Shown: in pieces, positions 61,665 through 64,000 of the stretch
How positions within the stretch are numbered: position 1 is the stretch's first letter
How the letters are laid out: each line of letters begins with the position of its first letter
Source of the DNA: Raja brachyura
Lineage: Eukaryota
Assembly (NCBI GenBank): GCA_963514005.1
Contig: OY740791.1
Location: 45,756,001-45,820,000 of the forward strand
Reading direction: 5' to 3'
Length of the DNA stretch: 64,000 nt
Translations under genes and position numbers: made by a program
The notes under the pieces: model-generated
What the model saw: only the letters and a program-made list of their open reading frames with translations
What the model was told of the DNA's origin: nothing
Databases searched by the model: none

Positions 61665-61785
61665 GCTTTAAGAAACATGCAGAATCCTGATTGGTCGAAT
61701 ATCAATGAGTTTCTCCACCAATGAGGAGCCGAGGTGTGATTAGTGATCTGGACAGCCCCCTTCAAGACGCGGCCGCCATCACGTA
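61665..61785 (+). promoter_or_regulatory. cPcdh promoter module 8
   Basis: GCTTTAAGAAA, CTGATTGG, CACCAATGAG, AGTGATCTGGACAGCCCCCTT, GCCGCCATC. Confidence 0.75.
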
Positions 61786-62015
61786 AAATCAGACACTGTG
61801 AGAGCTGTATAGCGAGCAGCTCCGTGGGATTTTTGCAGGAATCCTCTCGCAAATGTGGAGGAGATTGCGAGCGATTGAATGAAATAATTGGAGAGATTCG
61901 CAAGAGGTACGGATGTATTCTGTGTTGTTTGGGTTCTATTTAACACCGATCTATTGAAAGGACAATAGATAATACTGCCTGTTTTTAAAAGGCATTGGAA
62001 TGACTTCTACTGGAA

Positions 62016-64000
62016 ATGAGATATAAATTATATTGGTTGATAAAATGCCAATTGATGTTCTGTGCGTTTGCCCCGTGGAATTTTGTGTCTGGGCAAATTC
62101 GTTATTCTGTTCCTGAAGAACTGCAACATGGAGCCTTTGTTGGGAAAATCGCTGTCGATTTAGGTTTAGATGTAAAGCTGCTGGCGGCTCGCAGTTTCCG
62201 GGTAGCGCCCAGTCCAAGGAAGCAATATTTCGACGTAAATTTGACAAGTGGTGTTTTATTTGTGAAGGAAATAATCGACAGAGAACTGCTTTGTGGGTCG
62301 AAACCCGACTGCCGTTTACCCTTGGATGTTGTGCTTGAAAATCCCTTGAGCCTGTACCAAGTGGAAGTGGAGATTATCGATGTAAATGACAATGCCCCCA
62401 GTTTCCCTAAAAGCCAGTTTCGCCTTGAAATTACGGAATTTACAGCACCGGGGATGCGATTTCCTCTTGAACCCGCACACGATCCCGATATTGGCACGAA
62501 CTCTTTGCAAACCTACCAGCTCCAACCAAATGAACATTTTACACTCGACCTACAAATGGGCAGCGGGAAGGACAAGTGGCCGGTACTGGTGCTAGAGAAG
62601 TCTTTGGACCGAGAAATAACGTCAGTACATCGTTTAATGTTAACAGCTAAGGACGGCGGTTTGCCTTCGAGATCTGCAACCGTTCAGATTATAATCACAG
62701 TGAATGATCTTAATGACAACGCGCCTGCTTTCTCACAGTCGCATTACAAAGTCAGTCTGTTGGAGTCTGCACCGGCAGGGACCCTAATCCTTACGTTGAA
62801 CGCCACTGACCCGGACGATGGCCTCAATGGAGAGATAGTGTATTCTTTCGGCAGCCATGTTTCCGCTGTTGCCCGCAGACTTGTTGATGTGAATTCCAAA
62901 ACTGGTGAAATCAGACTCAAAGGGATTTTGGATTATGAGAAAAGCAATGTCTTTGAGGTTAGCATGCAGGCGATGGATAAGGGTTCCGGCGCTATCCCTG
63001 CGTATTGTCACGTATTGGTCGAAATTGTCGATGTGAACGATAACGCGCCGGAGATTACGTTACGGTCTTTATCAAAGACAGTGTCGGAAGATGCTCCACT
63101 TGGGACTGTAGTGGCACTGTTCAGTGCAGAAGACCACGATTCGGGACAGAATGGCGAGGTGCATTGCCAAGTTTCAAATCAACTCCCCTTTAAGCTGGAT
63201 TCATCTGTCAAGAACTATTACAGAATTATTGTAAAACATCCACTGGACCGGGAGAATGTCGCCAAGTACGATATCACTATAATATGCACGGATGCGGGCC
63301 ACCCTTCTCTTACCTCGCAGAAAACGATCCGGGTAGAGGTTTCAGATGTCAATGACAACTCGCCAAGGTTTTCTCGACCGGTGTACACGGCAAATGTTCA
63401 GGAAAACAATGTTATTGGGGCTTCTATATTTTCTGTGACGGCCTTCGATCCAGATGTAGAAGAAAATGCCCGACTGAACTTCTCTATCCTGGAGTCAGAG
63501 ATTCAGAATTCTTCAATAACCTCTTATGTCTCAATTAATCCCGAGAGTGGTGTCATATATGCTCGGGGTACGTTTGACTATGAACAATTGAAAGGCTTTC
63601 AGATACAGGTTCAAGTGCATGACTCTGGTGCACTCACGAGTAATGCTTCAGTGAATGTTATTATCCTTGATCAGAATGACAATGCTCCAGTGATTTTACA
63701 TCCTTCACCAGAATATGGTTCAACAGCGATAGAAACAATATCCAGATTTGCAGAACCAGGATACTTGGTTGTCAAAGTTTCAGCCACTGATGCAGATTCT
63801 GGTCAGAATGCTCATCTCTCTTATCAGATTTTTCAGGCTACTCATCACAATCTTTTCACCGTTTCCGCAGACACGGGTGAGGTTTGGACTATACGTCCAA
63901 TTTTGAACAAGGATGCGTCTCAACAAAGGTTGGTGGTTGTGGTAAAAGATAATGGAATTCCATCACTATCTGCCACTGTGACTATAGTATTATCTGTGAT
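62016..64000 (+). CDS. Clustered protocadherin variable exon 8 (subtype A), truncated by the window end
   Basis: MRYKLYWLIKCQLMFCAFAPWNFVSGQIRYSVPEELQHGAFVGKIAV...; the same frame reads EC6 (KDNGIPSLSATVTIVLSV) at the window end. Absent from the ORF track, consistent with no stop inside the window. Confidence 0.92.
   Translation, partial: MRYKLYWLIKCQLMFCAFAPWNFVSGQIRYSVPEELQHGAFVGKIAVDLGLDVKLLAARSFRVAPSPRKQYFDVNLTSGVLFVKEIIDRELLCGSKPDCRLPLDVVLENPLSLYQVEVEIIDVNDNAPSFPKSQFRLEITEFTAPGMRFPLEPAHDPDIGTNSLQTYQLQPNEHFTLDLQMGSGKDKWPVLVLEKSLDREITSVHRLMLTAKDGGLPSRSATVQIIITVNDLNDNAPAFSQSHYKVSLLESAPAGTLILTLNATDPDDGLNGEIVYSFGSHVSAVARRLVDVNSKTGEIRLKGILDYEKSNVFEVSMQAMDKGSGAIPAYCHVLVEIVDVNDNAPEITLRSLSKTVSEDAPLGTVVALFSAEDHDSGQNGEVHCQVSNQLPFKLDSSVKNYYRIIVKHPLDRENVAKYDITIICTDAGHPSLTSQKTIRVEVSDVNDNSPRFSRPVYTANVQENNVIGASIFSVTAFDPDVEENARLNFSILESEIQNSSITSYVSINPESGVIYARGTFDYEQLKGFQIQVQVHDSGALTSNASVNVIILDQNDNAPVILHPSPEYGSTAIETISRFAEPGYLVVKVSATDADSGQNAHLSYQIFQATHHNLFTVSADTGEVWTIRPILNKDASQQRLVVVVKDNGIPSLSATVTIVLSV

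Overview
Eukaryotic DNA, most likely from a cartilaginous fish (skate/ray-like; inferred from the gene family and the repeat landscape). The window covers part of a clustered protocadherin (cPcdh) locus. It holds eight tandem, same-strand, ~2.4-kb variable exons (signal peptide, six cadherin repeats, TM, cytoplasmic segment); the last runs off the window. Each exon has its own conserved promoter, and the seven complete exons end at a GAG|GT splice donor; the constant exons are not in the window. Spacers contain CR1 LINE fragments, tRNA-derived SINEs, a nested ERV/DIRS/Penelope-like stack at the left end and a non-autonomous Helitron. Most notable: (i) a short dispersed repeat carrying a minimal hammerhead-ribozyme core, including a perfect 93-bp-arm palindromic insertion with a 16-bp target-site duplication (TSD); (ii) an out-of-frame upstream ATG exactly 16 nt before the Pcdh start codon in 6 of 8 exons; (iii) a shared promoter grammar lacking the mammalian CGCT core; (iv) a first exon frameshifted just before its donor; (v) an alternating A-B-A-B-A paralog order with identical tracts suggesting gene conversion. 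All of this was read by eye; no alignments or database searches were run.
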